DNA of 64,000 nucleotides. It comes from an uncultured Bacteroidales bacterium (GTDB lineage Bacteria; Bacteroidota; Bacteroidia; Bacteroidales; JAGOPY01). Shown here piece by piece: positions 8,282 through 17,327 of this stretch. Each line of letters begins with the position of its first letter. Within the stretch, counting starts at the first letter, position 1. The position numbers and the translations under genes were made by a program. The DNA is taken from the NCBI GenBank assembly GCA_964371595.1, contig CAYJNJ010000002.1:40274-104273 (forward strand), written 5' to 3'. The notes under the pieces are model-generated. The model ran no database searches. It had not been told where the DNA came from and worked only from the letters and a program-made list of their open reading frames with translations.

Positions 8282-10105
8282 ATGAATGCAGTACCCTTGA
8301 TTGTTGGCGCTATCGCCATTTTCGTCCTTGCCTACAGGTTTTATTACAGCTGGGTCCTGGCAAAAGTACTTACCGTGCAGGACATGCGGGAAACGCCAGC
8401 CTACAGGCTTTCCGACGGGCAGAATTACGTCCCGATGAGCAAATGGGTGCTTTTCGGGCACCATTTTGCCGCGATTGCAGGCGCCGGTCCGCTTGTCGGG
8501 CCCGTGCTGGCAACCCAGTTCGGCTATTTCCCCGGCTTTCTCTGGATGGTGCTGGGTTCCGTGATCGCCGGCGCCATGCACGACCTGGTAATCCTGGTAG
8601 CTTCCGTACAGCACGACGGGAAATCGCTGGCGGAAATCGCGAGGGCTGAAGTCAGCAAACTCAGTGGAAACATTGCATCGCTTGCGATCCTCATCATCCT
8701 CATCGTGGCCCTGGCGGGCATGGGTGTGGTAGTAGTGAACGCGCTGGCGGAGAGCTCATGGGGTACTTTTACAATCGCTATGACCATTCCGATCGCTGTT
8801 TTCATGGGGTTCTGGATGTTCCGCTTCCGGAAAGGAAAGACAGGCGAAGCCACGGTAATCGGGGTGATCCTGCTAAGCCTTGCGGTCATCTACGGGAAAT
8901 ATATACCCGAGTCGGCGGTGGCAAGCTGGTTCGTTTTTGATAAGCCAACCCTTACAATCCTGATTGCCGTATACGGTTTCCTGGCATCCGTATTACCGGT
9001 CTGGGTGCTCTTATCCCCGCGTGATTACCTCAGCTCGATCATGAAGCTGGCCGTGGTGGCCATGTTAGCGGTGGGCATCATCATCGTGATGCCCGAAATG
9101 AAGATGCCGGCTTTCACACCCTTTATCCACGGCGGCGGGCCGATCATTCCCGGGCCGCTGTTTCCTTACCTTTTCATCACAATCGCCTGCGGGGCCATTT
9201 CCGGCTTCCATTCCATCGTCAGTTCCGGGACCACACCCAAGATGCTTTCGAAAGAATCGCATATCAAGTTTATTGCAGTAGGTTCCATGCTTTCCGAAGG
9301 GGCCGTCAGCGTTATGGCGCTGATTGCCGCGAGCAGCCTTTTCCCTTTGGATTATTTCCAGATCAACGTACCGGTCGAGAAATTTGCGCAGATCCTGCCG
9401 ATGCTGCAGGAGATGGGCTTTACCCAGTCGAACCTGGAAACGCTTTCAAAGGAAGTAGGCGAAAACATCGCCGGGCGGACTGGAGGCGCCGTTTCGCTGG
9501 CTGTGGGGATGGCACAGATCTTCTCTTCCATCCCGGGACTGGAAAAGCTGATGTCGTACTGGTACCATTTCGCCATCATGTTCGAGGCGCTCTTCATCTT
9601 AACGATCATTGATGCCGGGACGAGGATTGCGCGCTTCGTGCTGCAGGAAGCGCTGGGCAAGATCTATGCCCCGTTTGGCAGGACCGGCTGGCTTCCGGGG
9701 AACCTGATAACAAGCGGTTTTATCGTCTTTGCCTGGGGTTATTTTGTGTACACCGGCAGCGTCAGCACCATCTGGCCCATGTTCGGCACGGCAAACCAGT
9801 TGCTCGGCACCATCGCCTTAGCCATTGGAACATCTTACATAATTAACCACAGCAAGCCAAAATATGCCTGGATCACGATAGTGCCTATGACATTCGTCGG
9901 CGTAACAACCATGACAGCCGGATTCCTGAACATCAAAAATCTTTTCATCCCCCAGGTAATGGAAGCCTCCACGCGCATCCAGGGTTCGGTGAACCTGGTG
10001 CTGACCCTTATCATCATGGCCTCCCTGGTAATTATCCTGATAGATTCGGTGCCGCGGTGGGTGAAGGCGGCCGGCAGTCAGCGGTCGGCGGTCGGCGGTC
10101 GTTGA
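8282..10105 (+). CDS. cstA: carbon starvation protein A (peptide/pyruvate transporter family)
   Basis: 607 aa and polytopic. CstA blocks are [36 protein letters not shown] and MFGTANQLL. The last ~8 codons are encoded by a GCGGTCG heptamer array. Confidence 0.9.
   Translation: MNAVPLIVGAIAIFVLAYRFYYSWVLAKVLTVQDMRETPAYRLSDGQNYVPMSKWVLFGHHFAAIAGAGPLVGPVLATQFGYFPGFLWMVLGSVIAGAMHDLVILVASVQHDGKSLAEIARAEVSKLSGNIASLAILIILIVALAGMGVVVVNALAESSWGTFTIAMTIPIAVFMGFWMFRFRKGKTGEATVIGVILLSLAVIYGKYIPESAVASWFVFDKPTLTILIAVYGFLASVLPVWVLLSPRDYLSSIMKLAVVAMLAVGIIIVMPEMKMPAFTPFIHGGGPIIPGPLFPYLFITIACGAISGFHSIVSSGTTPKMLSKESHIKFIAVGSMLSEGAVSVMALIAASSLFPLDYFQINVPVEKFAQILPMLQEMGFTQSNLETLSKEVGENIAGRTGGAVSLAVGMAQIFSSIPGLEKLMSYWYHFAIMFEALFILTIIDAGTRIARFVLQEALGKIYAPFGRTGWLPGNLITSGFIVFAWGYFVYTGSVSTIWPMFGTANQLLGTIALAIGTSYIINHSKPKYAWITIVPMTFVGVTTMTAGFLNIKNLFIPQVMEASTRIQGSVNLVLTLIIMASLVIILIDSVPRWVKAAGSQRSAVGGR
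10081..10101. repeat. tandem heptamer (GCGGTCG)x3 inside the cstA 3' end, immediately before the stop codon
   Basis: gcggtcggcggtcggcggtcg followed by TTGA. Confidence 0.85.
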
Positions 10106-10127
10106 CCTCACCCCCTGACCCCCTGGA

Positions 10128-10145
10128 TCCCCGCTTTCGCGGGGA
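10128..10145 (+). terminator. GC-rich hairpin downstream of cstA (possible terminator, no U-tract)
   Basis: TCCCCGCtttcGCGGGGA lies 23 nt after the stop. A second palindrome GTCCCgtcaGGGAC is at 10227-10240. Confidence 0.3.
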
Positions 10146-10299
10146 CCTGAAGGAGATGGGGAAGATTTTAGCCTTTCTCCGCAGGAGATCAAGTAATGTA
10201 GGAAACAGGGCAATTCAATCCTAAAAGTCCCGTCAGGGACGACAGTATGGTAGGCACATTTCACAATAATAATCTATTTTTATCTCTTAATCCCATTTA

Positions 10300-11718
10300 A
10301 TGATTTGGCCATTAATGCATCTTCCGTCCCAACGAATAATTTTAAAAGTGATTGGTTTTCTTTCCGGTCTCTTGATAGGGGCATCATCGTTTTCACAAAT
10401 CCCGGATAACGAACAAGAAGCATTCCACCAGGCCAAAACGCTCAACCGCCCGGTATTATTGATATTTTCAGGATCCGACTGGTGCATTCCCTGCATCAGG
10501 TTCCGGAAAGAAATCCTTGCCGACAGCAGCTTCATTACATTTTCTGAAGAAAATCTTGTCATCCTCAATGCCGATTTCCCGCAAAAAAAGAAGCTGCCCG
10601 CAGAAACAATCCTGCAAAACGAAAAACTGGCCGAAAAGTACAATCCTGAAGGCTTATTTCCCCACCTGGTCCTGCTGAGCCCGGCCGGAGATATCATAGC
10701 GGTACTTTGGTACAATCAGCAAAGCCCGGAGGAATTTATCGGGCAGATTGAGAGATATTTGCCTGCTTCCGAAGGTCTGAAAGAATTCAGGGCGTCGGCA
10801 ACTCTTATGGGATGCGGCTTTGAATTCACTATTGTCGATTCTGCCGGCTCTATGCGTGGTTGGGAACTATTACAGGATTGTATATCCGAGACCAGGCGGA
10901 TCGAATACCTAATCTCCGAATGGATAGACACCACTGAGGTCAGCCGGCTGAATGCCAATGCCGGAATAGGTCCCGTAAAGGTGGGCCTGGAGCTTTATGA
11001 GCTGATCCGCAGAAGCCTCATCATTTCAGAGATCACCCAGGGCGCATTTGATATTTCATTCGGAGGGGTTGGAAAGCTCTGGAATTTCAAAAGGGATCAT
11101 CCTGTAATGCCCGATTCATCAGCAGTGAAGCTGGCTTTAAGCTCTGTAGGCTACCGGCATATCCTCCTGATGGATTCGCTGCGGGTCTTTCTTTCCCGGC
11201 CGGGCATGAAAATCGGCTTTGGCGGTATCGGCCAGGGTTATGCCGCGGAAAAAGTCAAGAAACTGATGATCGCTAAAGGCATCATGAACGGCGTGGTCAA
11301 CGCAAGCGGTGATATCACGGCCTGGGGTACGCGGCCCGATGGCAATCCCTGGAAAATGGGGATCGGCGACCCGACCGACCCGTCAAAAGTATTGCTCTGG
11401 CTGCCCATAAGCGATGGTGCAATTTCCACCTCCGGCGATTATGAAAACTTTTTCGAGATCGACGGGCAGCGTTATGGCCATATCATTGATCCACGCACTG
11501 GCTACCCTACCAAAGGTGTGCAAAGCGTGACCATCATCGGCCCCGATGCCGAGCTGGCGGATGCGCTTGCTACCGCGGTTTTTGTCATGGGAGTAGCTAC
11601 CGGGCTGGATTTTATTGAACAATTGCCCGGGTATGATTGTATTATTATTGATGACTGCAATAAAGTTCATTACTCGGAAGGAGTTATTGTGATCCCTAAT
11701 CTGGAGAGACAAAATTGA
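10300..11718 (+). CDS. fusion protein: thioredoxin-like domain plus FAD:protein FMN transferase (ApbE)
   Basis: Signal-like N-terminus, a thioredoxin fold with WCIPC (LLIFSGSDWCIPC), then ApbE blocks (GGIGQGYAAEKV, STSGDYENFFE, GHIIDPRTGYP, DALATAVFVMG). Confidence 0.8.
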   Translation: MIWPLMHLPSQRIILKVIGFLSGLLIGASSFSQIPDNEQEAFHQAKTLNRPVLLIFSGSDWCIPCIRFRKEILADSSFITFSEENLVILNADFPQKKKLPAETILQNEKLAEKYNPEGLFPHLVLLSPAGDIIAVLWYNQQSPEEFIGQIERYLPASEGLKEFRASATLMGCGFEFTIVDSAGSMRGWELLQDCISETRRIEYLISEWIDTTEVSRLNANAGIGPVKVGLELYELIRRSLIISEITQGAFDISFGGVGKLWNFKRDHPVMPDSSAVKLALSSVGYRHILLMDSLRVFLSRPGMKIGFGGIGQGYAAEKVKKLMIAKGIMNGVVNASGDITAWGTRPDGNPWKMGIGDPTDPSKVLLWLPISDGAISTSGDYENFFEIDGQRYGHIIDPRTGYPTKGVQSVTIIGPDAELADALATAVFVMGVATGLDFIEQLPGYDCIIIDDCNKVHYSEGVIVIPNLERQN

Positions 11719-11768
11719 AATTGAATTCAGGAACCTGATTTTCTGAGCATTAGTCCTGGTTTTATTTA

Positions 11769-11910
11769 TTAACCACTTAGACACTAAGGGCACTGAGAGA
11801 CACTAAGGAGTTTTCCGGAGAATCTGGGAGAATTTCATAGTAAAAATATTTTGATTGCCCTTTCTTTTTTCCTCAGTGATCCTAAGTGCCCTCAGTGCCT
11901 TAGTGGTTAA
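11769..11910. repeat. long imperfect inverted repeat (about 40-bp arms built from CACTAAG/CACTGAG words, 60-bp loop)
   Basis: Left arm ttaaccacttagacactaagggcactgagagacactaaggag. Right arm cctcagtgatcctaagtgccctcagtgccttagtggttaa. Confidence 0.7.
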
Positions 11911-11971
11911 CTATTTAAAACTATCCTATAGAATTAAAGGTTTGGAAAAGGTAATTAGCTAATTTTAAATA

Positions 11972-12193
11972 ATGAAAAAAACAATCATCTTGTTATTATT
12001 ATTGATAATGTTATTGATAATGTTGGGCTCCTGCCAGTCGGTGAAGCCCTACCAGCGGGTTTACCTGAACGACCATTTCATGCAACTGGGTAAAAAGCCG
12101 ATCGATGGTTTCAGTGAGAAGGCCATGGCCTACCGTGAAGGGTCTTCGGGGGGCGGGGCAGGAAAAGACAGCGGGGGCTGTGGTTGTAACTGA
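11972..12193 (+). CDS. DUF4266-family small lipoprotein
   Basis: 73 aa with a lipobox (LGSCQ). SVKPYQRVYLNDHFMQL and the Gly-rich C-terminus ending GGCGCN match my recollection of DUF4266. It is followed by a DUF3570-like gene, as is typical. Confidence 0.65.
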   Translation: MKKTIILLLLLIMLLIMLGSCQSVKPYQRVYLNDHFMQLGKKPIDGFSEKAMAYREGSSGGGAGKDSGGCGCN

Positions 12194-12199
12194 TCTTAA

Positions 12200-13396
12200 A
12201 TGAAGATGAAATACCGGGCATCTATCATCATCTTACTGATCACTACCACTGTTACAGCTCAGGACAGCGCTTATATCAAACGCAAACTTACCGAAACCGA
12301 AATCAGCGCCCTTTTTTCATTTTATTCCCAGGATGGGGATCATTCGGCTGTTACCGGCGGAACAGGCACGGAAAATCTCCAGGTCTATGCACCGCAGATC
12401 AACTTTTCACATTCAACCGACTCCACGCATACCATTCTTTTTGATGCAGGGGTCGATTTCATTACGTCGGCCTCGACCGACAATATCGATTATAATATTT
12501 CGTCCGCTTCGCGCCAGGATGCGCATTTCCACGCTAATGCAGGGTATAGCCACTATTTCCGGGAAAAAGAAATTGAGCTTGGGGTAACGGGCAGTGCAGG
12601 ATTCGAGTCTGATTTCCTCTCCGGCGGGTTCCATCTCTGGTTCTATCATCCCGATAAAGCAGGGATGACGAGCTATTACGCCGGTTTGCAGGCCTATTTC
12701 GACGATATGCGCTGGGGTAGGTTCAGCGAGGACGAACAGCAATCCCTTACCTTGGTTTATCCCGTGGAACTCCGCGATACAAGCTGGTTTGATATCTACA
12801 TGCGTTATTCTTACAACCTTGACCTGGGAATAGAAAGGGTGATAAACAGGAGGATGAAGGTCGGTTTCTACCCGGGGATAATCCTCCAAACAGGCCTGCT
12901 CTCCACTTCTTTCCACAGGGTTTATTTCAGGGACCAGCAGAAGGCAAAGGTCGAAAACCTTCCGGAACGGCGTATAAAAATACCGCTTGGAATAAAAGTC
13001 AATTCCTATATCGGCACAAATTCGGTTTTGAATTTGTTTTACCGGTTTTATACCGATGATTTCGGTATTTATTCGCATACCCTTGAGATAGCAACCCATT
13101 ACAAGATCAATCCGTATCTTTCGCCATCCCTGTCTTTACGGCTTTACCAGCAATCATCCTCAAAATATTTCAAACCTTACAGGGAACATGTGCCCGGTGA
13201 AGAGTTTTATACTTCCGACTATGACCTTTCGGGCTTCACCAGCATAAAAGCCGGTGCCGGGGTGAGGTTTACACCGTACAGGAAGATCTTTTCAAACTGG
13301 TCGTTCGATGAAGTGGAACTAATGTACAACTACTACCGGCGCTCCGACGGCCTGGATGCCCATATTATCAGTACTTTCTTCGGGGTAACAAGGTAA
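12200..13396 (+). CDS. DUF3570-family putative outer-membrane protein
   Basis: 398 aa with a signal peptide and an alternating beta-strand-like composition rich in Y, F, G and D. The partnership with DUF4266 and ApbE supports the call. The family assignment is from memory, not from a search. Confidence 0.6.
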   Translation: MKMKYRASIIILLITTTVTAQDSAYIKRKLTETEISALFSFYSQDGDHSAVTGGTGTENLQVYAPQINFSHSTDSTHTILFDAGVDFITSASTDNIDYNISSASRQDAHFHANAGYSHYFREKEIELGVTGSAGFESDFLSGGFHLWFYHPDKAGMTSYYAGLQAYFDDMRWGRFSEDEQQSLTLVYPVELRDTSWFDIYMRYSYNLDLGIERVINRRMKVGFYPGIILQTGLLSTSFHRVYFRDQQKAKVENLPERRIKIPLGIKVNSYIGTNSVLNLFYRFYTDDFGIYSHTLEIATHYKINPYLSPSLSLRLYQQSSSKYFKPYREHVPGEEFYTSDYDLSGFTSIKAGAGVRFTPYRKIFSNWSFDEVELMYNYYRRSDGLDAHIISTFFGVTR

Positions 13397-13397
13397 C

Positions 13398-13428
13398 TTT
13401 GGAATCCGGAATTTGGAATTTGGAATTT
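13398..13428. repeat. GGAATTT heptamer array starting 2 nt after the DUF3570 stop
   Basis: tttggaatccggaatttggaatttggaatttt. Confidence 0.85.
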
Positions 13429-13468
13429 TCTGCACAAACTTTGCTACTTTTAACAAAACTTTCCACTG

Positions 13469-14965
13469 ATGCGCCGCCCGAGGATGAAATTCCATATCAG
13501 CTACCAGATGATCGTATGGTCATTGGTTACCATGGCAATCATACTGGCCGGCGGTTTCCTGATCATCTCTTTTATTTACCGTATCCAGGATGAGACCAAT
13601 GCGCTGATGGAAGAGAACGTCCGCAGCGCAAGGATGGCAAAGGAGCTTAACCTTTCGCTTTACGAGATCCGCGCCGCTTCGCTGACTTATCTTTTCGACC
13701 GCAGCGACGAGCGTATCGCCGCCCTGCAGGAAAAGCAGAACGAATTCATCGCTCTGCTGAACAAAGCCAAAGAATCAGCCAATACTGAAGAGGAAAACAC
13801 GATGGTCCAGCAGATTTCGGCCCTGTTTTCCAATTACCAGCAAACCCTCACCAACGCGCTGGAACTCCACAAGAAAGGTTGGATCGGCCAGCCTGCCAAG
13901 CTTATCGTGCATGCCAGCCAGGACCTGATCACCACCATCCTTGAAAAAACGAACACCTTCATCGTGACCAACGAAATGGCCCAGGCGGCTTACGAGGCGA
14001 GCATCAAGAAAAACGATGACATCATCCGCACAGCCATGTACGCTCTCGGCGTCGGGGGCATCATCCTCGGTTTGATCCTCGGCTGGCTGATCGCCCGCAT
14101 CATCCTTAATCCTATTTATAAACTGGTGTTGAAGGTGAGGGATGCTGCCGGTAGCGAAGTGGTGGAGCATATCAAGATGTCGCCGGGAAAAGAGCTCGAA
14201 GAGCTTGACCTGCACATCAACCGGCTGATCGGCAGGATCAACCAGGCACACGAGGACCTTCAGAAGAACCGTGAGCTTCTCGACAGGTCGAGCAAGCTGG
14301 CTGCGATTGGTAAAATCGCGCCGGCGCTGGCCCACGAGATCCGCAACCCGCTCACAGCGATCAAAATGCTGATCTACGCGATGATGCAGGAGCCCGACCT
14401 CAGCAAAGACAAGCTGCACGACCTGGAGATCATCACCCATGAGATCAACCGCGTAGAAGGATTTTTGCAGAATTTCCTTAAATACGCACGCCCTTCCAAG
14501 CCACAGATGCAAATCGTAGCTATCATTCCCGTGATACAGGAGACCCTGCAACTGATGCAGCCCCGGTTCAGGCAGGGCAATATTACACTGGTCGAAATCC
14601 ATGAGCAGGAAAACCTTCGTCTCAAGGCCGATCCCGACATGATCAAGCAGGTTGTGATGAACCTGGTGCTGAATGCCGTCGAATCGATGAGCCAGGAAGG
14701 GACGCTCACATTAGCCACCATGGTAAATGCCGACGATCCCGATAACCGGTTCTTCCAGGTCAGCATCAGCGACACAGGCCCCGGTATCCCCGACGATATC
14801 AAGGATTCGCTCTTCGATCCGTTCGTGAAAGGGAAAGACCAGGGCATCGGGCTGGGATTGTCGATCTCTCTGCGCATTGCCGAATTGCACCACGGATGGA
14901 TCAGCGCAAGCAACAACTCCGGCAAAGGCGCCACGTTCACAGTTCACCTTCCAATGAAAAGCTAA
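13469..14965 (+). CDS. sensor histidine kinase (NtrB/AtoS-like, HAMP plus HisKA plus HATPase)
   Basis: Two TM segments, H-box LAHEIRNPLTAI, N-box VMNLVLNAVES, and G-boxes DTGPGIP and GIGLGLS. The start could be 13469 or 13484. Confidence 0.85.
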   Translation: MRRPRMKFHISYQMIVWSLVTMAIILAGGFLIISFIYRIQDETNALMEENVRSARMAKELNLSLYEIRAASLTYLFDRSDERIAALQEKQNEFIALLNKAKESANTEEENTMVQQISALFSNYQQTLTNALELHKKGWIGQPAKLIVHASQDLITTILEKTNTFIVTNEMAQAAYEASIKKNDDIIRTAMYALGVGGIILGLILGWLIARIILNPIYKLVLKVRDAAGSEVVEHIKMSPGKELEELDLHINRLIGRINQAHEDLQKNRELLDRSSKLAAIGKIAPALAHEIRNPLTAIKMLIYAMMQEPDLSKDKLHDLEIITHEINRVEGFLQNFLKYARPSKPQMQIVAIIPVIQETLQLMQPRFRQGNITLVEIHEQENLRLKADPDMIKQVVMNLVLNAVESMSQEGTLTLATMVNADDPDNRFFQVSISDTGPGIPDDIKDSLFDPFVKGKDQGIGLGLSISLRIAELHHGWISASNNSGKGATFTVHLPMKS

Positions 14966-14968
14966 GCC

Positions 14969-16372
14969 ATGGCGATGAAAAAGATACTTATCGTTGATGA
15001 CGAGGAAACCGTAAGGTATTCTTTCAAGAAACTTTTCCGTAACCCCGATTGCATTATCTCCGAAGCGGGAAACGGGCTGGAGGCCATATCTTCCATAAAA
15101 AAAGATATGCCCGACCTGGTGCTAATGGACATTGAAATGCCCGGCCTTGGCGGACTCGACGCCATCCAGCGCATCAAAGCCATTAATCCCCAGTTGCCGG
15201 TCATCATTATTACGGCATTCGGGACATCAGAAAGGGTCATTGGCGCTATGAAATACGGCGCTTACGAATACCTGGAAAAACCTTTTGATGTTGGCAGGCT
15301 GAAGGAAGTTGTTTCCGAGGCCCTTGAGATGAAGCGGCTTTCTGATGAAGTCAACACCGTGGAGATCCACCCTTCAGATACCCATACCGGCGAACAGATC
15401 GTCGGGATGAGCTCGGCGATCAAGGAAGTTTACAAGATGATCGGCCGTGTGGCCGCCAGTGATGTGAGCGTCCTGCTCACCGGCGAGAGCGGTACCGGGA
15501 AGGAACTCGTGGCAAAGGCCATCCATCGCTACAGCGACCGTTCCGACAAGCCTTTCATCGCCATTAACTGCGCTGCCATCCCCGATACGCTGCTCGAAAG
15601 CGAGCTGTTCGGCTATGAAAAGGGTTCCTTCACCGATGCCTCGCATATGAAGGAAGGAAAATTTGAAATGGCCGACAAAGGCACACTGTTCCTGGATGAA
15701 GTGGCCGACATGAGCCTCACGCTCCAGGCCAAGCTGCTTCGCGTTTTGCAGGAAGGCACCTTCGAACGGCTCGGTAGTAATAAGGTGATCAAGGTCAATG
15801 TCAGGGTGATCTCGGCTACCAATAAAAACCTGGAGAACGCCATCATCAGTAAAACTTTCCGCGAAGACCTCTACTACAGGCTGAAGGTTATTTCCATAAC
15901 CCTTCCGCCATTAAGGGTGCACACGGAAGACATCCCCCTTCTCACCAATTATTTCCTTTCGAGGCATTGCCAGGAAATGAAAAAGCCGTTGGTAACCGTT
16001 CCCCCTGAAACCATGGACGGGCTGTTGAAATATTCCTGGCCCGGCAATGTCAGGGAGCTTGAAAACCTTCTGAAAAGAGCGCTACTCCTAAGCAAGAGCA
16101 ATATTATCACCCCTGACCTTATCCAGGCGGAAATGAATGCCACCCAGGCCCTGCCTGTTGCCGGCGCCCGTAATGAATATTCTTCCTTTATCCCGGAAAA
16201 TCTTGATGATTTTGAAGGCAGGCTATTTAAGCATGTGATCGAACAGCTTGAAAAGGAACTGATTGAAAAGTCCCTTGCGTACAATAATGGCAACCAGGTT
16301 AAAACCGCTAAATTATTAGGCATTTCAAGGGCCATGCTCCACGAAAGAATGGAAAAATTCGGGCTCCTGTAA
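14969..16372 (+). CDS. sigma-54-dependent response regulator (NtrC family)
   Basis: Receiver domain (LVLMDIEMPGLGG), AAA+ sigma-54 interaction domain (GESGTGKE, ESELFGYEKGSFTDA, a GAFTGA-type loop, RVISATN) and a C-terminal Fis-type HTH. Confidence 0.9.
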   Translation: MAMKKILIVDDEETVRYSFKKLFRNPDCIISEAGNGLEAISSIKKDMPDLVLMDIEMPGLGGLDAIQRIKAINPQLPVIIITAFGTSERVIGAMKYGAYEYLEKPFDVGRLKEVVSEALEMKRLSDEVNTVEIHPSDTHTGEQIVGMSSAIKEVYKMIGRVAASDVSVLLTGESGTGKELVAKAIHRYSDRSDKPFIAINCAAIPDTLLESELFGYEKGSFTDASHMKEGKFEMADKGTLFLDEVADMSLTLQAKLLRVLQEGTFERLGSNKVIKVNVRVISATNKNLENAIISKTFREDLYYRLKVISITLPPLRVHTEDIPLLTNYFLSRHCQEMKKPLVTVPPETMDGLLKYSWPGNVRELENLLKRALLLSKSNIITPDLIQAEMNATQALPVAGARNEYSSFIPENLDDFEGRLFKHVIEQLEKELIEKSLAYNNGNQVKTAKLLGISRAMLHERMEKFGLL

Positions 16373-16413
16373 GAAAATCAGACAGAGGTGTAAGAATTTA
16401 GAGCAGAAGCAAT

Positions 16414-16445
16414 AATTCCAAATTCCTGGTTTCAAATTCCAAATT
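16414..16445. repeat. AAATTCC heptamer-type array (inverted relative to 13398-13428)
   Basis: aattccaaattcctggtttcaaattccaaatt. Confidence 0.8.
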
Positions 16446-16490
16446 ACTTTTTCATTGATTTAGAGGCATTTGCGAAAAGTATTTCGATTT

Positions 16491-16505
16491 TGGCACGCCG
16501 TTTGT
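16491..16505 (+). promoter_or_regulatory. candidate sigma-54 (-24/-12) promoter
   Basis: TGGCACgccgtTTGT compared with the consensus TGGCAC-N5-TTGC has one mismatch in the -12 GC. It lies 60 nt upstream of the 16566 start and directly downstream of the NtrC-family gene. Confidence 0.4.
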
Positions 16506-16565
16506 AAAAGGGGGTCGACCCAAAGTTGTTTGACAATACTTGTTTAACCTTAATAAATTACAAAA

Positions 16566-17171
16566 ATGAAAAGAAACATCCTTTTAACGATTGCCGCTCT
16601 TGCTGGAATGATGATCATGTTCACCAGCTGTGCAAAACTTCCTGAAGCTGAAATGGCAAATGCTAAGGCCGCTGTAGAAGCTGCTAAAGCTGCTGAAGCT
16701 GACCGTTATGTTCCTGCTGAATACAGGGCTGTTAACGATTCTTTGAACACCGCTATGACCGAAGTTGAAAACCAGAAGTCAAAGTTCGTTCTTTTCCGTA
16801 GCTACAAAAAAGTTACTGTAAAGCTTAACAACACTATTACGCTTGCCAACACTGTTAAAGAAAATGCCGGAATCCGCAAGGAAGAAGTAAAGAACCAGGC
16901 ACAGCAGACCTTAGCCGAAGCCACCACCCTGGTGACCGAAGTAAAGGACCTGATCGTGAAGGCTCCTAAAGGCAAAGAAGGTAAAGAAGCCCTCGAAGCT
17001 ATCCAGAGTGATTTAGCACTTGTTGAAGCTTCCTTAGCTGAAGTTTCCACACTGATCAACGGTGGCGATTACCTGACCGCTCTTGACAAAGTAAAGGCTG
17101 CCAAAGACAAGGCTGCTTCCCTCAAAGCTGAGCTGGAAGAAGCTATTGCCAAGAAAACCATGAAGAAGTAA
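16566..17171 (+). CDS. DUF4398-like coiled-coil lipoprotein
   Basis: Lipobox (FTSCAK), then AKAAVEAAKAAEADRYVPAEYRAV (the DUF4398 pattern) and an Ala/Lys/Glu-rich helical remainder. Confidence 0.7.
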   Translation: MKRNILLTIAALAGMMIMFTSCAKLPEAEMANAKAAVEAAKAAEADRYVPAEYRAVNDSLNTAMTEVENQKSKFVLFRSYKKVTVKLNNTITLANTVKENAGIRKEEVKNQAQQTLAEATTLVTEVKDLIVKAPKGKEGKEALEAIQSDLALVEASLAEVSTLINGGDYLTALDKVKAAKDKAASLKAELEEAIAKKTMKK

Positions 17172-17268
17172 GTATCCTGAATTTTTCGGCACATTAATAA
17201 GTCAAAATATCATTGAAATTGTTAAGCTGGAAAATACTTAAAACCGATACTATATCGTTTTAACTGAA

Positions 17269-17302
17269 GACCCCGGTCATGCTTATGCATCCCGGGGTCT
17301 TT
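17269..17302 (+). terminator. possible rho-independent terminator
   Basis: GACCCCGG-N14-CCGGGGTC followed by TTTA, about 100 nt after the 17171 stop. Confidence 0.4.
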
Positions 17303-17327
17303 ACCGATAATACCAGGCAGAATTAAA

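Noticed and set aside
9818-10264. 148-aa minus-strand ORF covering the cstA 3' end and the downstream hairpins.
   Set aside because: It is antisense to a well-supported gene, and the remainder is palindromic intergenic sequence.
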